NCBI GenBank assembly: GCA_022865265.1
Contig: JALIDO010000003.1
Coordinates: 1 to 34,868, forward strand
DNA: 34,868 nt
Reading direction: 5' to 3'
Origin: Candidatus Nanohalarchaeota archaeon QJJ-5
GTDB lineage: Archaea > Nanohalarchaeota > Nanosalinia > Nanosalinales > Nanoanaerosalinaceae
Position numbers and translations under genes: made by a program. Numbering within the stretch: position 1 is the stretch's first letter; each line of letters opens with the position of its first letter. The notes beneath the pieces are model-generated. The model did not search any database, was not told the DNA's origin, and was given only the letters and a program-made list of their open reading frames with translations. This document shows positions 9,882-20,839 of the stretch, in pieces.

Positions 9882-10091
9882 ATGTCTGGTCCAACAGAAG
9901 TATTCATCTGTCCGGCCTGTCAGAAATATCTTCCTGTCGATGAGACTGACGAAGACAAGCCGGTCTGCCGGACAGCCGGCTGTGAGCGTGAAGGCAAGAT
10001 TCTGAATCGTATGTATATGTGTCCGGCCTGTAAACAGTGTTTCTCATCAAAGCAGGCAGTAGCTCGCCACGGTGCCCAGAAGCATCAGTAA
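9882..10091 (+). CDS. small double zinc-finger protein (C4-like + C2H2)
   Basis: CPAC..CRTAGC and CPAC-x12-H-x4-H; GAGGT directly before ATG. Confidence 0.78.
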   Translation: MSGPTEVFICPACQKYLPVDETDEDKPVCRTAGCEREGKILNRMYMCPACKQCFSSKQAVARHGAQKHQ

Positions 10092-10459
10092 TCCTCATCA
10101 TCGATGATCGATTCGAGGACATGTCGGTGGGATGCTGCCTGGATGCCGGTGTAATACACAGCAAGCGTGCTTGCGATGACCAGACTGAGCGATGCAAATG
10201 CTGCCGGTCGGAGGGACAGGGACGCTGTCATGACCAAGAGTCCGATACCGACCAGTCCAGCAAAGGTCACAGTAAGTATGCGGTTCCTGAGATCGTGCAT
10301 ACCGCGGATCCGTTCTAGTTCGAGATCTTTCTCGACCTGGATCCGATCCTGTCGTCTGAGCTGGGCGATGAGTTCCTCGTTATCACTGTTCTCGGGTTCT
10401 TCAGGTTCGCTGTCGAGAAGTTCATCGACGATCCGGTTGATCAGGAGGGATTTGAGCAT
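10085..10459 (-). CDS. hypothetical 2-TM membrane protein
   Basis: From MLKSLL: acidic/helical N-terminus then two hydrophobic helices; the longer ORF start overlaps ndk and is unlikely. Confidence 0.65.
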   Translation of the reverse strand: MLKSLLINRIVDELLDSEPEEPENSDNEELIAQLRRQDRIQVEKDLELERIRGMHDLRNRILTVTFAGLVGIGLLVMTASLSLRPAAFASLSLVIASTLAVYYTGIQAASHRHVLESIIDDEDY

Positions 10460-10569
10460 ACTATCACTACTGAAGTGTTGCTGAACCAGCCTTAAGTGTG
10501 CTTGTGCTCGGCCAGCGTCGGGAAGTTTATAAATGTAAACCCTAATGTTATGAGGTCTCGGTGATACCA

Positions 10570-11136
10570 ATGACTGCTCATGATATCCAACCCTACGATC
10601 GGACATTCGTGATGGCCAAACCTGATGCATTCTATGAAGGTGTTGTGGGAGAGATCCAGACACGTCTCGAGGATGCAGGGCTCATGAAACAGGCCTCACG
10701 TGTGACCGTTCCATCTGAAGAACTTGCCCATGAGCATTATGATGATGCAGGGTTGCCTGAGGATCTCCACGATCAGGTCGTGGAGTACCTGACATCGGGT
10801 CCGGTCGAGCCGATGGTATGGGCAGGTGAAGACAGCATCGAGACTGTCCGCGCCCTCGTCGGTGAGAGCTTCGATCCGACCGAGTGCTCACCGGGAACGA
10901 TCCGGGGCGATTATGGTGGCGAGTACGGGACAGCATTTGCCGATGAATATGATGTGGCTGTACCGAATATCGTCCATGCTGCCGATGAACCCGCTGCGGC
11001 AGAGCGGGAGATCGATATCTGGTTCGATGATGAGGACCTGGCGATGTATGAGATGCTCGAGAGCCAGGATGCGATGGTCGATGAGTTAGTTACAGATCGG
11101 GGCTATGCTCGGGAACCTCAGCCATCTCGGTACTGA
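10570..11136 (+). CDS. ndk: nucleoside diphosphate kinase
   Basis: RTFVMAKPDA, SGPV, PGTIRGDYG and NIVHAAD (catalytic His). Confidence 0.9.
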   Translation: MTAHDIQPYDRTFVMAKPDAFYEGVVGEIQTRLEDAGLMKQASRVTVPSEELAHEHYDDAGLPEDLHDQVVEYLTSGPVEPMVWAGEDSIETVRALVGESFDPTECSPGTIRGDYGGEYGTAFADEYDVAVPNIVHAADEPAAAEREIDIWFDDEDLAMYEMLESQDAMVDELVTDRGYAREPQPSRY

Positions 11137-11227
11137 TATAACACCGTTATATTCACGTTCGTTAGTATCGATCTTGTGCCGGCGTGAGACATTTATACTG
11201 ATCGAAGATAGCCAATAGTAGATACGA

Positions 11228-11602
11228 ATGCCGCTTCCACGGATCGAATCTCTTCATGAAGAGGTTGGTGACTATCTCTCGACGATCACATCGTCCCGTG
11301 CGCTGGATAAAATACAGGAATCGGAACTGCGCTATGCGGATCCTGAGGCTGAGATCGGGCCCTACAAGCATGTAGAACGCACGGAAGATCCCTGGTTGAC
11401 TGTCAGTGGAGAGGAAGAAGGCGGGTTTCCGGCTGTATCTGTCTATGATGTTGATGATGAGTTACTGGTAGAATACGAGCCTCATGCATCGGTTGGTCTG
11501 TTCTATACTATGGAGGAAGCAGGCATGAACCCGTTGATCGATTTCATCCGGTCGGAGGAAGCTTTACCTGATGGGGCCTGGCTGGACGAGCTGTACCGAT
11601 GA
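11228..11602 (+). CDS. hypothetical acidic protein
   Basis: Acidic ORF filling the gap; TTTATA at 11192 upstream. Confidence 0.65.
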   Translation: MPLPRIESLHEEVGDYLSTITSSRALDKIQESELRYADPEAEIGPYKHVERTEDPWLTVSGEEEGGFPAVSVYDVDDELLVEYEPHASVGLFYTMEEAGMNPLIDFIRSEEALPDGAWLDELYR

Positions 11603-11654
11603 TGATCGGGGTATGTCGGATTCATTCTTAAAGGTGTCCTGTGTCTTATACAAT

Positions 11655-12275
11655 ATGAGTGTCGATCTCCATACACATACTGAGGCCTCGTTCGATTCTG
11701 ACTGTACGATGGCCCAACGTGTTGCCCTGGCGGATGATGCTGGTATCACGACGATCGCCTGTACGGATCACAATGCTGTGCATCCACGTCTCGATGACCG
11801 AACACAGATGATCGATGGGATCGAGGTCATTGCTGGAGTAGAGCTGTTCACACGGGGGCAGTACGGTCGGATCGATGTACTCGGGCTGATGATCGATCCC
11901 GCAATGATGCGCAAACAGGTGCCGGCTGAAGGGCGTGAGAAGATCGCGTATCGAGAGGCGATCGATAGGATCCATGACGCCGGTGGTGTGGCCATCATGG
12001 CACATCCTGGACGGTATGATACAGATCTCGAGGCTGCGGTCCAGCATCTGCTCGAGCATGGTGTCGATGGGATCGAGACAGCGTATCCGTATGAATTTGT
12101 TTCTGATCCGATGCCATATACGCCACATGAGCGTATCGTCAGGATCGCACAGGAGTATGATCTGTTAGAGACTGGCGGGTCGGACTGTCATGGTACCCGC
12201 CGACAACATATCGGCGCGATCAGGCTCGATGAGGCGGTGCTCCGTAAGCTCCGGCAACGGGCTGCCATGGGCTAG
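11655..12275 (+). CDS. PHP domain metal-dependent phosphoesterase
   Basis: DLHTHT, TDHN, GVE, AHPGR and TGGSDCHG motifs. Confidence 0.92.
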   Translation: MSVDLHTHTEASFDSDCTMAQRVALADDAGITTIACTDHNAVHPRLDDRTQMIDGIEVIAGVELFTRGQYGRIDVLGLMIDPAMMRKQVPAEGREKIAYREAIDRIHDAGGVAIMAHPGRYDTDLEAAVQHLLEHGVDGIETAYPYEFVSDPMPYTPHERIVRIAQEYDLLETGGSDCHGTRRQHIGAIRLDEAVLRKLRQRAAMG

Positions 12276-12309
12276 CACCTTTTTCAATCGGTCATGTTCA
12301 TCTGTATCT

Positions 12310-13377
12310 ATGGACCTCTTGGAATGGCAAGGCCGTGGTCTGTTCGAGCAGTATGATATTCCTGTTCCTGCAGGAACGGTTCTTTCAGAGACGGATGAAC
12401 TCCGTCTTCCTGATGCTGCATCTTTTGTCGTCAAGGCCCAGGTACCGGCTGGTAAACGGAAGAAACACGGTGGTATCGTGATGGCCGGGCCGGATGAGGT
12501 AGATGATGTTATCGGGTCGATGTTCGAAAAAACCGTCGCCGGGCATCCTGTCGAGACCGTCATGGTCGAGGAGGAGCTTTCGATTGCTGATGAATTCTAT
12601 CTCTCGCTGTCGATCAATCGTGCACACGAGGACTATCGGCTGGTCTTTTCTCATCAAGGTGGGTCTGGAGTAGAATCGGTAGCAGCGGCGGATGATGATG
12701 CGATCACTGTTATCGAGCTCTATGAATATGATAAGGAAAAGATACGTGAAGCCTTGCCAGAACGTGATATCAACGAGGATCTTCTTGCATTGACTGAAAA
12801 GATGTACACGCTGATGCGTGAAGAGGATGCAGTACTTGTCGAGATCAATCCTGTCATCGAGACAACCGATGGTCGATTGGTCGCCTCGGATGCGAAGGTG
12901 CGTCTTGATGATGCTGCGATGTATCGTCATGATCGGTCATTCGATACCGAACAGGATGATGCTCTCGAGTTCGTCCCGCTCGATGGGTCGATCGGGATCA
13001 TCGGTAATGGTGCGGGTCTGGTCATGGCAACACTGGATACGATCAACGCCTATGGCGGTGCCCCGGCGAATTTCTTGGATATCGGTGGTGGTGCCTCGGT
13101 CGAGAAGATGACCGAAGCGATGCGTGTGGCGGTTACCGAGCAGGATGTCGATGGTCTATTTGTCAATATATTCGGCGGTATAACACGATGTGACCTGGTT
13201 GCTGAAGGTATTCTTGATTTCGTGGAAGAATATGAGCCAGGTATCCCGATGGTGGTCCGGATGGTCGGGACAAACCAAACAGAAGGACGGCAGATGCTTG
13301 AAGACCACGGGATCGATGCCCTGGATTCGATGGAAGCCTGTGCTGAGCGGATCTGTGAGCTGGTTGCTGATGATTGA
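12310..13377 (+). CDS. sucC: succinyl-CoA synthetase beta subunit (ATP-grasp)
   Basis: [40 protein letters not shown] and [10 protein letters not shown] motifs. Confidence 0.93.
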   Translation: MDLLEWQGRGLFEQYDIPVPAGTVLSETDELRLPDAASFVVKAQVPAGKRKKHGGIVMAGPDEVDDVIGSMFEKTVAGHPVETVMVEEELSIADEFYLSLSINRAHEDYRLVFSHQGGSGVESVAAADDDAITVIELYEYDKEKIREALPERDINEDLLALTEKMYTLMREEDAVLVEINPVIETTDGRLVASDAKVRLDDAAMYRHDRSFDTEQDDALEFVPLDGSIGIIGNGAGLVMATLDTINAYGGAPANFLDIGGGASVEKMTEAMRVAVTEQDVDGLFVNIFGGITRCDLVAEGILDFVEEYEPGIPMVVRMVGTNQTEGRQMLEDHGIDALDSMEACAERICELVADD

Positions 13378-14227
13378 TGAAGAGACAAAGGTCGTAGTAC
13401 AGGGAATAACAGGCGAACAAGGATCGTTCCACACAGAGGCGATGCGTGAGTACGGAACGAATATCGTGGCAGGGGTTACCCCTGGCAAAGGAGGACAGCA
13501 TGTTGCAGGTGTACCGGTCTATGACTCGATCGAGGATGCTGTCGAGGCCCACGAGCTTGACTGGTCGATCGGATTTGTTCCACCACGGTTCGCGAAGGAT
13601 GCGGCGATGACGGCTATCGAAGCAGGTCTACATACCTGTGTGATCACAGAACATATCCCGGTCCATGATGCGGTCGATATCGTCCAGGCAGGGAAGGCCC
13701 ATGATCAACACGTGATCGGGCCGAACTGTCCGGGGATGATCGCTCCAGGACAGGCAAAGCTCGGGATCATGCCGGGTGAGATCTTTACAGCTGGGTCGGT
13801 CGGTGTTGTATCGCGGTCTGGCACGCTGACATACGAGATCGTCGATCAATTGACACAGCATGGCTATGGACAGTCTCTGGCTGTCGGGATGGGTGGTGAC
13901 CCGGTCGTCGGGCGGGATTTCCTGGACTGGGTGCCATGGTTCGATACTGATCCGGGTACGGACGCGATCGTGGTGATCGGTGAGATCGGTGGTGATCTCG
14001 AAGAGCGGACTGCCCGTCTGATCGAGGAATCGGTTGATACGCCGGTGATCGCGTATATCACTGGCAGGACGGCACCAGAAGGCAAACAGATGGGGCATGC
14101 GGGAGCGATTGTCCACGGTGATGCTGGCAGTGCTTCTTCGAAAGTGCAGGCGTTTGAAGAAGCTGATGTGCCGGTCGCATCGCTGCCATCAGAGATTCCG
14201 GAATTGTTGGATACCCGTTCTGTTTAA
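13370..14227 (+). CDS. sucD: succinyl-CoA synthetase alpha subunit
   Basis: [35 protein letters not shown] and MGHAGAI (phospho-His). Confidence 0.95.
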   Translation: MIDEETKVVVQGITGEQGSFHTEAMREYGTNIVAGVTPGKGGQHVAGVPVYDSIEDAVEAHELDWSIGFVPPRFAKDAAMTAIEAGLHTCVITEHIPVHDAVDIVQAGKAHDQHVIGPNCPGMIAPGQAKLGIMPGEIFTAGSVGVVSRSGTLTYEIVDQLTQHGYGQSLAVGMGGDPVVGRDFLDWVPWFDTDPGTDAIVVIGEIGGDLEERTARLIEESVDTPVIAYITGRTAPEGKQMGHAGAIVHGDAGSASSKVQAFEEADVPVASLPSEIPELLDTRSV

Positions 14228-14251
14228 AGGATTGGTTCGAAGGGTACAATC

Positions 14252-14962
14252 ATGGCCGAGTTCAGTATCTCGTTCGATCCACATGTCCACTCTGAAGGGT
14301 CATTCGATGGAAAAGAGCCTGTCGAATTGATTCTTCAACATGCTGATGATATTGGACTGGATGCGATCGCGATCACGGATCATGATGTGATCGAGTATTC
14401 GCTCGAGGCTGTCGAGTTGGCACAGGACTATGATGTGATCGCTGTCCCCGGTGTCGAGGTCTCGACGAAGGCAGGGCATCTTCTTGGACTCGGTATTGAG
14501 GAAAAACCCCCGAAGAAGCTACCTGTGGCCGAGACGATCGAGATGATCAAGGCAAAAGGTGGAACAGCGATCATCCCGCATCCGTTCCAGCGGATGCGTC
14601 ATGGTATTCCACGTCGCAAGATCACGGCCTGTGATGGGATCGAGGTCTACAATGCCTGGTTGTTCACTGGCTATCGGAACCGTCAGGCGGCTCGCTATGC
14701 AAAGCACCACGAGTTCACGGGGATCGCTGCGAGTGATGCCCACCGGATGGGAACGGTCGGTCGAGCGTACACGGAACTCGAGATCGAGGCCGAATCTCGT
14801 GACGATATCACGGCCGAGGATATCTTGCAGGCGATCTCGAATGGGGATACCGGGATACAGGGACGTCGGAAGCCGATCCATACGAGTGCGATCGATTACA
14901 CGAAGGCCTTGCTCCGGAAGGGGCGTTGGTTGACCGATAAGATACCGCATCCAGGTCGTTGA
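14252..14962 (+). CDS. PHP domain protein
   Basis: DPHVHS, AITDHD, PGVEVST, PHPF, IEVYN and SDAH motifs; TTTAAA at 14223. Confidence 0.92.
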   Translation: MAEFSISFDPHVHSEGSFDGKEPVELILQHADDIGLDAIAITDHDVIEYSLEAVELAQDYDVIAVPGVEVSTKAGHLLGLGIEEKPPKKLPVAETIEMIKAKGGTAIIPHPFQRMRHGIPRRKITACDGIEVYNAWLFTGYRNRQAARYAKHHEFTGIAASDAHRMGTVGRAYTELEIEAESRDDITAEDILQAISNGDTGIQGRRKPIHTSAIDYTKALLRKGRWLTDKIPHPGR

Positions 14963-15000
14963 TAGTAATCTTTTAATGCGAGGTTCTCAAGCATGGATAT

Positions 15001-15879
15001 ATGGGGTTCCTACGGAGGGTCATTGTTCCTGATCTTCAGCAACTGCTTGTTCCATCGCTGATGGCTGGTCTGATCGTTGTGATGTTGCTCACTGGATCGA
15101 TGGCTCGATCAGCAGGTCATGACCGGACACTGGCATTCGCATCGTCAGAGAGTGAGATCGATCGGATGGTGATCGATAATGAATATGCGGTCTTCGATGA
15201 TGTGCCGGGCGATCGGGTACAACGACGTGAAGATGCTCGAACACAGGCACAGGAACGGATTGCGATAGCGAAGTCTGATCTTGTGTCGGTCATCACTGGT
15301 GGCTTGCTCCACTGGACATACAATACGCCGCTGTATATTCTGATGCCAAGTTCACCATCGGCATTCATCGAGACGGATCATTCTGCCAGGATCTATCCCC
15401 GTTCTGCGGGCTATTTCATGAGTGGGGATGTGCCGGCTGCGATGGTACTGGAAGCATATCAGCGGGATAAAATCACGAATCTTACTAACCGGGTTAATGA
15501 TGCACGCAACGAGAACAAAACATCCTGGACGCTTGAGGAATACAGACAGAAGATCGAGGAGATCCGGTCGGTTTCGTATGATGATACCGAGGTCCGATCG
15601 TATATCGAGCATATGAACAGCTCGGCTGATCGAGAGCTGGTGATCGAGGATCCAGTGGTCAAACGACACGTCATCGAAGCTACTGTCAAAGAGGTAGGCT
15701 ACCGTGAGTATCTACCGGCGATCGTTGGCAACTTTCTGTTGTACTATCTGGTCTTCGGGCTGTTGACCGCGATGATCGGGCTTGTTGTCGGGTCTGATGC
15801 AGACACGAATCAGAAACGTACCCCACAACAGCCTAGGAGGCAAGGTCCTTCACAGAATCGAAGAAGGAGTTCTCGGTAG
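15001..15879 (+). CDS. hypothetical membrane protein (N- and C-terminal TM helices, large loop)
   Basis: Two hydrophobic helices; TTTTAAT at 14971; basic tail overlaps the dnaJ 3' end by 47 nt. Confidence 0.72.
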   Translation: MGFLRRVIVPDLQQLLVPSLMAGLIVVMLLTGSMARSAGHDRTLAFASSESEIDRMVIDNEYAVFDDVPGDRVQRREDARTQAQERIAIAKSDLVSVITGGLLHWTYNTPLYILMPSSPSAFIETDHSARIYPRSAGYFMSGDVPAAMVLEAYQRDKITNLTNRVNDARNENKTSWTLEEYRQKIEEIRSVSYDDTEVRSYIEHMNSSADRELVIEDPVVKRHVIEATVKEVGYREYLPAIVGNFLLYYLVFGLLTAMIGLVVGSDADTNQKRTPQQPRRQGPSQNRRRSSR

Positions 15880-16897
15880 TCGGCTCGGTTCTGAACTGTT
15901 CGAACAGTTCTTTTGTCTGTTCATCCAAATCCTCTGGGATGTCGATGTCGATCTTGAGATAGATGTCGCCATCATGACGGCGTCCAGGCATGCCTTCGCC
16001 TTTGAGTCGTAGTACATCGCCTGGCTGGATGCCCTCGGGGATCGAGACTGATAATGTCTTGCCGAAGACATCGATGGTCTTTTCTGCACCAAGGACAGCG
16101 TCTCCAAGACCGATTTCGAGGGTGGTGAACAGATCATTGTTCCGGCGTTCGAACTGTTCATCGCCTTTGATTCCGACAAAGAGATAGAGGTCTCCTGTTT
16201 CTCCGTTCGGTAATCTGTTCCCCTTGTTCTTGATACGGAGTCGTTGTCGATGTTCTACTCCTGCGGGGACATCGACAGTGATCGTTTCCTGTGTCTGTGT
16301 CGTGCCGGTCCCGCTACATGCGGAACATGCTGTCTCTGGTTGTGTGCCCCGACCATGACACTGGTCACATTGTTCGACGACACGTGAACGGCCGAATGGT
16401 GTCCGTCGTACAGCCTTGACGCGGCCTTGTCCATTGCATTGCTGGCAGGTTGTGGTGTTGCCGTTTTCTGCACCGGTTCCATCACACTGTTCACAGGCTG
16501 CCTGTCGTTTTACGGTGATGGTCGTTTCTGTGCCATGATAGGCATCTTCTAATGTGATGGTGATGGTTTCTTTGATATCAGCGGTCTGTTGACTACGGCC
16601 ACGCCCACCGCCCCCACCGAGTAGTGTCTCGAAGAGGTCTTGGAGGTTCTGAAAGCCTGCTCCGGTTTCGGCCGATCCATCGACGGCTGCTTTGCCGAAT
16701 TGATCGTACTTCTTCCGTTTTTCCTCATCGCTCAGAACATCATAGGCCTTGTTGATCTTTTTGAATTTCTCTTCATCGGCCTGGTCGCTGTTCGAATCTG
16801 GATGATATTTTTTCGCCTTTTTGCGATAGGCTTTCTTGATCTCGTCTTGGGAGGCGTTTTGATCAACACCTAACAGGTCATAGTATTCTTTTGCCAT
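15833..16897 (-). CDS. dnaJ: chaperone DnaJ
   Basis: J-domain HPD, G-rich linker, four CxxCxGxG repeats, C-terminal domain. Confidence 0.97.
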   Translation of the reverse strand: MAKEYYDLLGVDQNASQDEIKKAYRKKAKKYHPDSNSDQADEEKFKKINKAYDVLSDEEKRKKYDQFGKAAVDGSAETGAGFQNLQDLFETLLGGGGGRGRSQQTADIKETITITLEDAYHGTETTITVKRQAACEQCDGTGAENGNTTTCQQCNGQGRVKAVRRTPFGRSRVVEQCDQCHGRGTQPETACSACSGTGTTQTQETITVDVPAGVEHRQRLRIKNKGNRLPNGETGDLYLFVGIKGDEQFERRNNDLFTTLEIGLGDAVLGAEKTIDVFGKTLSVSIPEGIQPGDVLRLKGEGMPGRRHDGDIYLKIDIDIPEDLDEQTKELFEQFRTEPTTENSFFDSVKDLAS

Positions 16898-16927
16898 GGT
16901 TGTGTGGTCTCAGGTGATTGCTATCTG

Positions 16928-18832
16928 CTATTCGTCGTCGGTTTCTTCGAAATCAGCATCGACGACATCGTCCTGGCCACCTGGCTGACCGGGTTGTCCC
17001 TGGCCCATGTTCATCTGCTGTGCGGCCTGTTTCAGGTCTTCTGGATCCATGTTCGATGGATCAAAGCCCCCGGGGCCTTGCTGGTCGCCGTAGATCTCTT
17101 TGCCGATCTCTTGCATTGCCTGTTCCAGGTCATCGAGTGCTGTTTCAAGTGTTTCTTTGGCTTCTTCCAGATCATCGATATCATCTGCTTCGTCTCTGGC
17201 TTCTTCGAGATCCTCGATCGCTTCCTCTACACGTTCGATGATGCTGTCATCGATCTCGTCTTCGAACTCCTCGATCTGGTCTCGTGCCTGTCCGATGGCC
17301 TGGTCTGCTTTGTTCTGTGTCTCGATGTAGGCACGGCGTTTCTTGTCTTCTTCTTCGTGTTGTGCTGCTTCCTGTTTCATCTGTTCGATCTCATCGTCAT
17401 CGAGGCGTGCCTGGTCTTCGATGGTGATAGATGCCTCTTTCCCGCTCTGTTTTTCTTCGGCTTCGACCTGCAGGATGCCGTCTGTATCGATTTCGAAGGA
17501 GACTTCGATCTGTGGCTGGCCGGCTGGTGCCGGTGGGATGCCTTCGAGCTGGAACATCCCGAGTGATTTGTTATCTTTCGCCATCTCTCGTTCGCCCTGC
17601 AGTACATGGACCGGTACAACGGACTGATTGTCCTGTGCTGTGGTGAATGTCTTGGTTTCTGAGGCAGGGATCTTGGTGTTTTTCTCGATCAGGGTCGTCA
17701 TGATGCCTCCTTTGGTCTCGACGCCGAGACTGAGCGGGGCCACGTCCAACAAGAGGATGTCTTCCATCTCGCCTGAGATCGATCCGGCCTGGGTCGCAGC
17801 TCCCAGTGCAACGGCTTCATCAGGGCTGACTGACTTGTTGGGTTCCTGGCCCGTGATCGCCTGGACATGTTCTCTGACGGCTGGAACGCGAGTACTGCCA
17901 CCGACAAGGATGACCTCATCGATATCGTTTTTCCCGATACCAGCGTCTTCGATGGCTTTTTCTGTCGGGTCGGTTGTCCGCTGGATCAGATGCTCGATCA
18001 GGTTCTCGAACTTCGAGCGTGTCAGTTCATAATCGATGTTGTATGCATCGCCATCGTCTTGATAGATGAATGGGATGTTGATAGTGGTCTTTTTCCGAGA
18101 TGATAGTTCTTTCTTTGCCTCTTCTGCATTTTGACGGATCCGTTGCAGTGCATCATCGTTTTCACTGAGATCGATATCGTTCTCGTCTTCAAATCGCTCG
18201 AGGATCCAGTCAACGATCTCCTGGTCGAAGTCATCGCCACCAAGGTCATTGATTCCTTCGGTCGACTGGACTTCATAGATGCCATCGCCGATATCCAGTA
18301 CAGTCACATCGAAGGTTCCGCCACCGAAGTCATAGACGAGGATGGTCTGATCGGTATCATCATCCAGGCCATAGGCAAGTGCTGCTGCGGTCGGTTCATT
18401 GAGGATCCGTTCGACCTCGAGGCCTGCGATGGTCCCGGCATCTTTGGTTGCCTGTCGCTGTGCATCGTCGAAGTGTGCAGGAACGGTGATGACGGCTTTC
18501 TCGACATCATCGCCGAGCTTGTCTTCAGCATCATTTTTGAGTTTCTGGAGGATCATGCTGGAGATTTCCTGTGGTGTGTAGTCGTCTCCGTCCAGTTCGA
18601 CGGTATAATCTTCACCCATATGGCGCTTGATCGAGGTGACGGTATTTTTTTGGTTGGTGATCATCTGGTTCTTGGCAGGTTCGCCCACCAGTCGTTCGTC
18701 ATCGTCAAAGGCGACAATCGAGGGAGTGACGCGTTTGCCTTCGTTGTTTTCCAGGATTTTTGGTTCACCGTCTTCGACGGCTGCGACGGCTGATCGTGTT
18801 GTTCCGAGATCGATACCGATGATTCGTGTCAT
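16928..18832 (-). CDS. dnaK: chaperone DnaK (Hsp70)
   Basis: [40 protein letters not shown] and DVVDADFEE. Confidence 0.98.
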   Translation of the reverse strand: MTRIIGIDLGTTRSAVAAVEDGEPKILENNEGKRVTPSIVAFDDDERLVGEPAKNQMITNQKNTVTSIKRHMGEDYTVELDGDDYTPQEISSMILQKLKNDAEDKLGDDVEKAVITVPAHFDDAQRQATKDAGTIAGLEVERILNEPTAAALAYGLDDDTDQTILVYDFGGGTFDVTVLDIGDGIYEVQSTEGINDLGGDDFDQEIVDWILERFEDENDIDLSENDDALQRIRQNAEEAKKELSSRKKTTINIPFIYQDDGDAYNIDYELTRSKFENLIEHLIQRTTDPTEKAIEDAGIGKNDIDEVILVGGSTRVPAVREHVQAITGQEPNKSVSPDEAVALGAATQAGSISGEMEDILLLDVAPLSLGVETKGGIMTTLIEKNTKIPASETKTFTTAQDNQSVVPVHVLQGEREMAKDNKSLGMFQLEGIPPAPAGQPQIEVSFEIDTDGILQVEAEEKQSGKEASITIEDQARLDDDEIEQMKQEAAQHEEEDKKRRAYIETQNKADQAIGQARDQIEEFEDEIDDSIIERVEEAIEDLEEARDEADDIDDLEEAKETLETALDDLEQAMQEIGKEIYGDQQGPGGFDPSNMDPEDLKQAAQQMNMGQGQPGQPGGQDDVVDADFEETDDE

Positions 18833-18874
18833 TGGGACCATCACCAGTGTATGGCCTAACTAAGAAAAAGGTTG

Positions 18875-19378
18875 TTATTCGGGTTCGTTGTTCTCCCCGA
18901 CCACAACCTGGGCCGGGCGCAGGATGGTGTCACCGAACCGGTATCCGGGTTGTTTCTCTTCGACCACGACTCTGTGTTCATCATGATCAGTGGTCTCGAC
19001 GGCATTGTGGAGCCGTGGATCGAATTCTTCCCCTTCGGCATTGATCCGTTCGAGGCCGCGTTTTGCAAGTTCCTCATACAGTTGGTCCGCAACCATCTTG
19101 ACGCCTTTGAGTAATGATGTATCCTGGTCTGCAGCCATGATGGCACGTTCGAGGTTATCGATCACACCGATCAGGTCTGTCGCCAGATCTTTCTTGGCCT
19201 CATGTTCCCATCGTTGTCGGCGCTGTTCCTGTTTATCTTTGTAGTTCTCATAGTTGGCCTTGACCTTCTTTGCAGCACGTTCGTACTGGTCTGCTTTTGC
19301 TTCCTGCTGTTCGAGTCGTTGTTCGAGTTCTTCGATGATCTCGATCAACTGGCTGCGGTCGAGGTTGTCATAGGCCAT
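18875..19378 (-). CDS. grpE: nucleotide exchange factor GrpE
   Basis: DNLERA, FDPRLHNAV and GY...ILRPAQVVV; directly upstream of dnaK. Confidence 0.95.
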   Translation of the reverse strand: MAYDNLDRSQLIEIIEELEQRLEQQEAKADQYERAAKKVKANYENYKDKQEQRRQRWEHEAKKDLATDLIGVIDNLERAIMAADQDTSLLKGVKMVADQLYEELAKRGLERINAEGEEFDPRLHNAVETTDHDEHRVVVEEKQPGYRFGDTILRPAQVVVGENNEPE

Positions 19379-19421
19379 AGGTATGGAGAATGCCGGTAAC
19401 TGTTTTCAACATTTCCCCCGA

Positions 19422-20762
19422 TCACAGGCTTCGGGGATGATAGGAGCGCTGGAAAGGTGCAAGGCTCTCATGGTCGGGTTCTTTCGTGATCTCCAGACCG
19501 GGTATTTGGTTACTATCTTCGAGTAAGGTCGCTGCTGTTTCTGCAATATCTTCGAGATGATCACGGTGGTATGTTCGTGGTGGAAGACACAGGCGTAACA
19601 GGGCATCGTGACTATCATCATAGGGCAATGTTCCATCGGGACTGGTCCTGATACCGCCTTCGAGGTAGAATGCTGCTGCCAGTGCTTCGGCTGGATGATC
19701 ATCAACATCGAGGTGATCGAGGAATGCACTCGCATTGATATAGACAGCATGGCCCGAGACTGGTTTGTACAGTGGTATGCCACGGTCTTCCAGTAACTGG
19801 CCCAGGTCTTGTGTCTGTTCGACACGTTGTTCGATGAACCGTGGGGTCAGTGCTTCCTGGAGTCCGATGCGGAACGCTTCCATGGTGCGTCCTGACATTC
19901 CGCCATAGGTATAGAAGCCTTCATGGAGCATGGTCTGTTCTTTGATTGCTTCGGCTAGTTCATCGTCATCGAGAGCTACGAAGCCGCCCATATTAACCAG
20001 TCCATTTTTCTTCCCGCTCATCGTGATGATGTCTGCGTGTTGAAGTTGTTCTTTGGCTATCGCCGGCAGTTCACGGTGCTGTTGTCCGTCTTCGTGGTGC
20101 TGTATGAAGTATGCATTTTCAACATATCGACAGGCATCGATGATGAAATAACGGTCATGTTGGTCTGCGAGGTCTCGTGTGGTCTTGATATTGTCCATAC
20201 TGACAGGTTGGCCGGCTAATGCATTGTTTGTCAGTGCCAACATGATCGCTGGTACATGCTCTGTTCCGACCTGTTCGATGACAGCTGCCACTTTCGCCGG
20301 GTCGATGTTGCCTTTGAACGTATCATGCTCTGTCGATCGTCCTGCTTCGATGGGGCAATTGACCGGGATCGCATCGTTGTCTTTGATCTGGGCTTCTGTG
20401 GTCGCGAAATGGGTATTGTTCGGAACATGGTCGTTTTCCTCTAGCAGTGCCCTGAACAGGACATGTTCGGCTGCCCGGCCTTGGTGGGTCGGTATGACAT
20501 GATCGAATCCGAATGTCTCCTGGATATATGTTTCAAGGTCACGGAAGCTCTTGCTGCCTGCATATGATTCATCGGCGGTCATCATCGCAGACCATTGTTC
20601 TTTGCTCAATGGTCCGGTCCCACTATCGGTCAGAAGATCGAGATAGACATGTTCGGCATCGAGTCGGTAGGTATTGAAGTTCGCAGCTGCAAGCTGGCGT
20701 TCTCGTACATCACGAGACGGGCATTCGATTGTTTCGACCATACCGAACCGGTAGTTGCGCAT
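19422..20762 (-). CDS. tryptophanase / tyrosine phenol-lyase family PLP beta-eliminating lyase (substrate uncertain)
   Basis: DLLTDSGT, DESYAGS, HQGRAAE, DACR..EN, MSGKK (PLP Lys) and EGFYTYGGMSGR. Confidence 0.9.
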   Translation of the reverse strand: MRNYRFGMVETIECPSRDVRERQLAAANFNTYRLDAEHVYLDLLTDSGTGPLSKEQWSAMMTADESYAGSKSFRDLETYIQETFGFDHVIPTHQGRAAEHVLFRALLEENDHVPNNTHFATTEAQIKDNDAIPVNCPIEAGRSTEHDTFKGNIDPAKVAAVIEQVGTEHVPAIMLALTNNALAGQPVSMDNIKTTRDLADQHDRYFIIDACRYVENAYFIQHHEDGQQHRELPAIAKEQLQHADIITMSGKKNGLVNMGGFVALDDDELAEAIKEQTMLHEGFYTYGGMSGRTMEAFRIGLQEALTPRFIEQRVEQTQDLGQLLEDRGIPLYKPVSGHAVYINASAFLDHLDVDDHPAEALAAAFYLEGGIRTSPDGTLPYDDSHDALLRLCLPPRTYHRDHLEDIAETAATLLEDSNQIPGLEITKEPDHESLAPFQRSYHPRSL

Positions 20763-20839
20763 ACCACTTCAGTACCGCTTTTGGTTGATATATGCTGTGG
20801 CGGATGGGGTTTTTATGCCTGGATGTGTTGAACTGCGGT

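Noticed and set aside
12190-13369. Extended N-termini for sucC (12190) and sucD (13190) in the ORF track
   Set aside because: They overlap upstream genes; family-typical starts are at 12310 and 13370
16904-18793. Long + strand ORFs antisense to dnaK (16904-17566, 17628-18032, 18131-18793)
   Set aside because: Antisense shadow frames typical of hsp70 genes; non-acidic, no motifs
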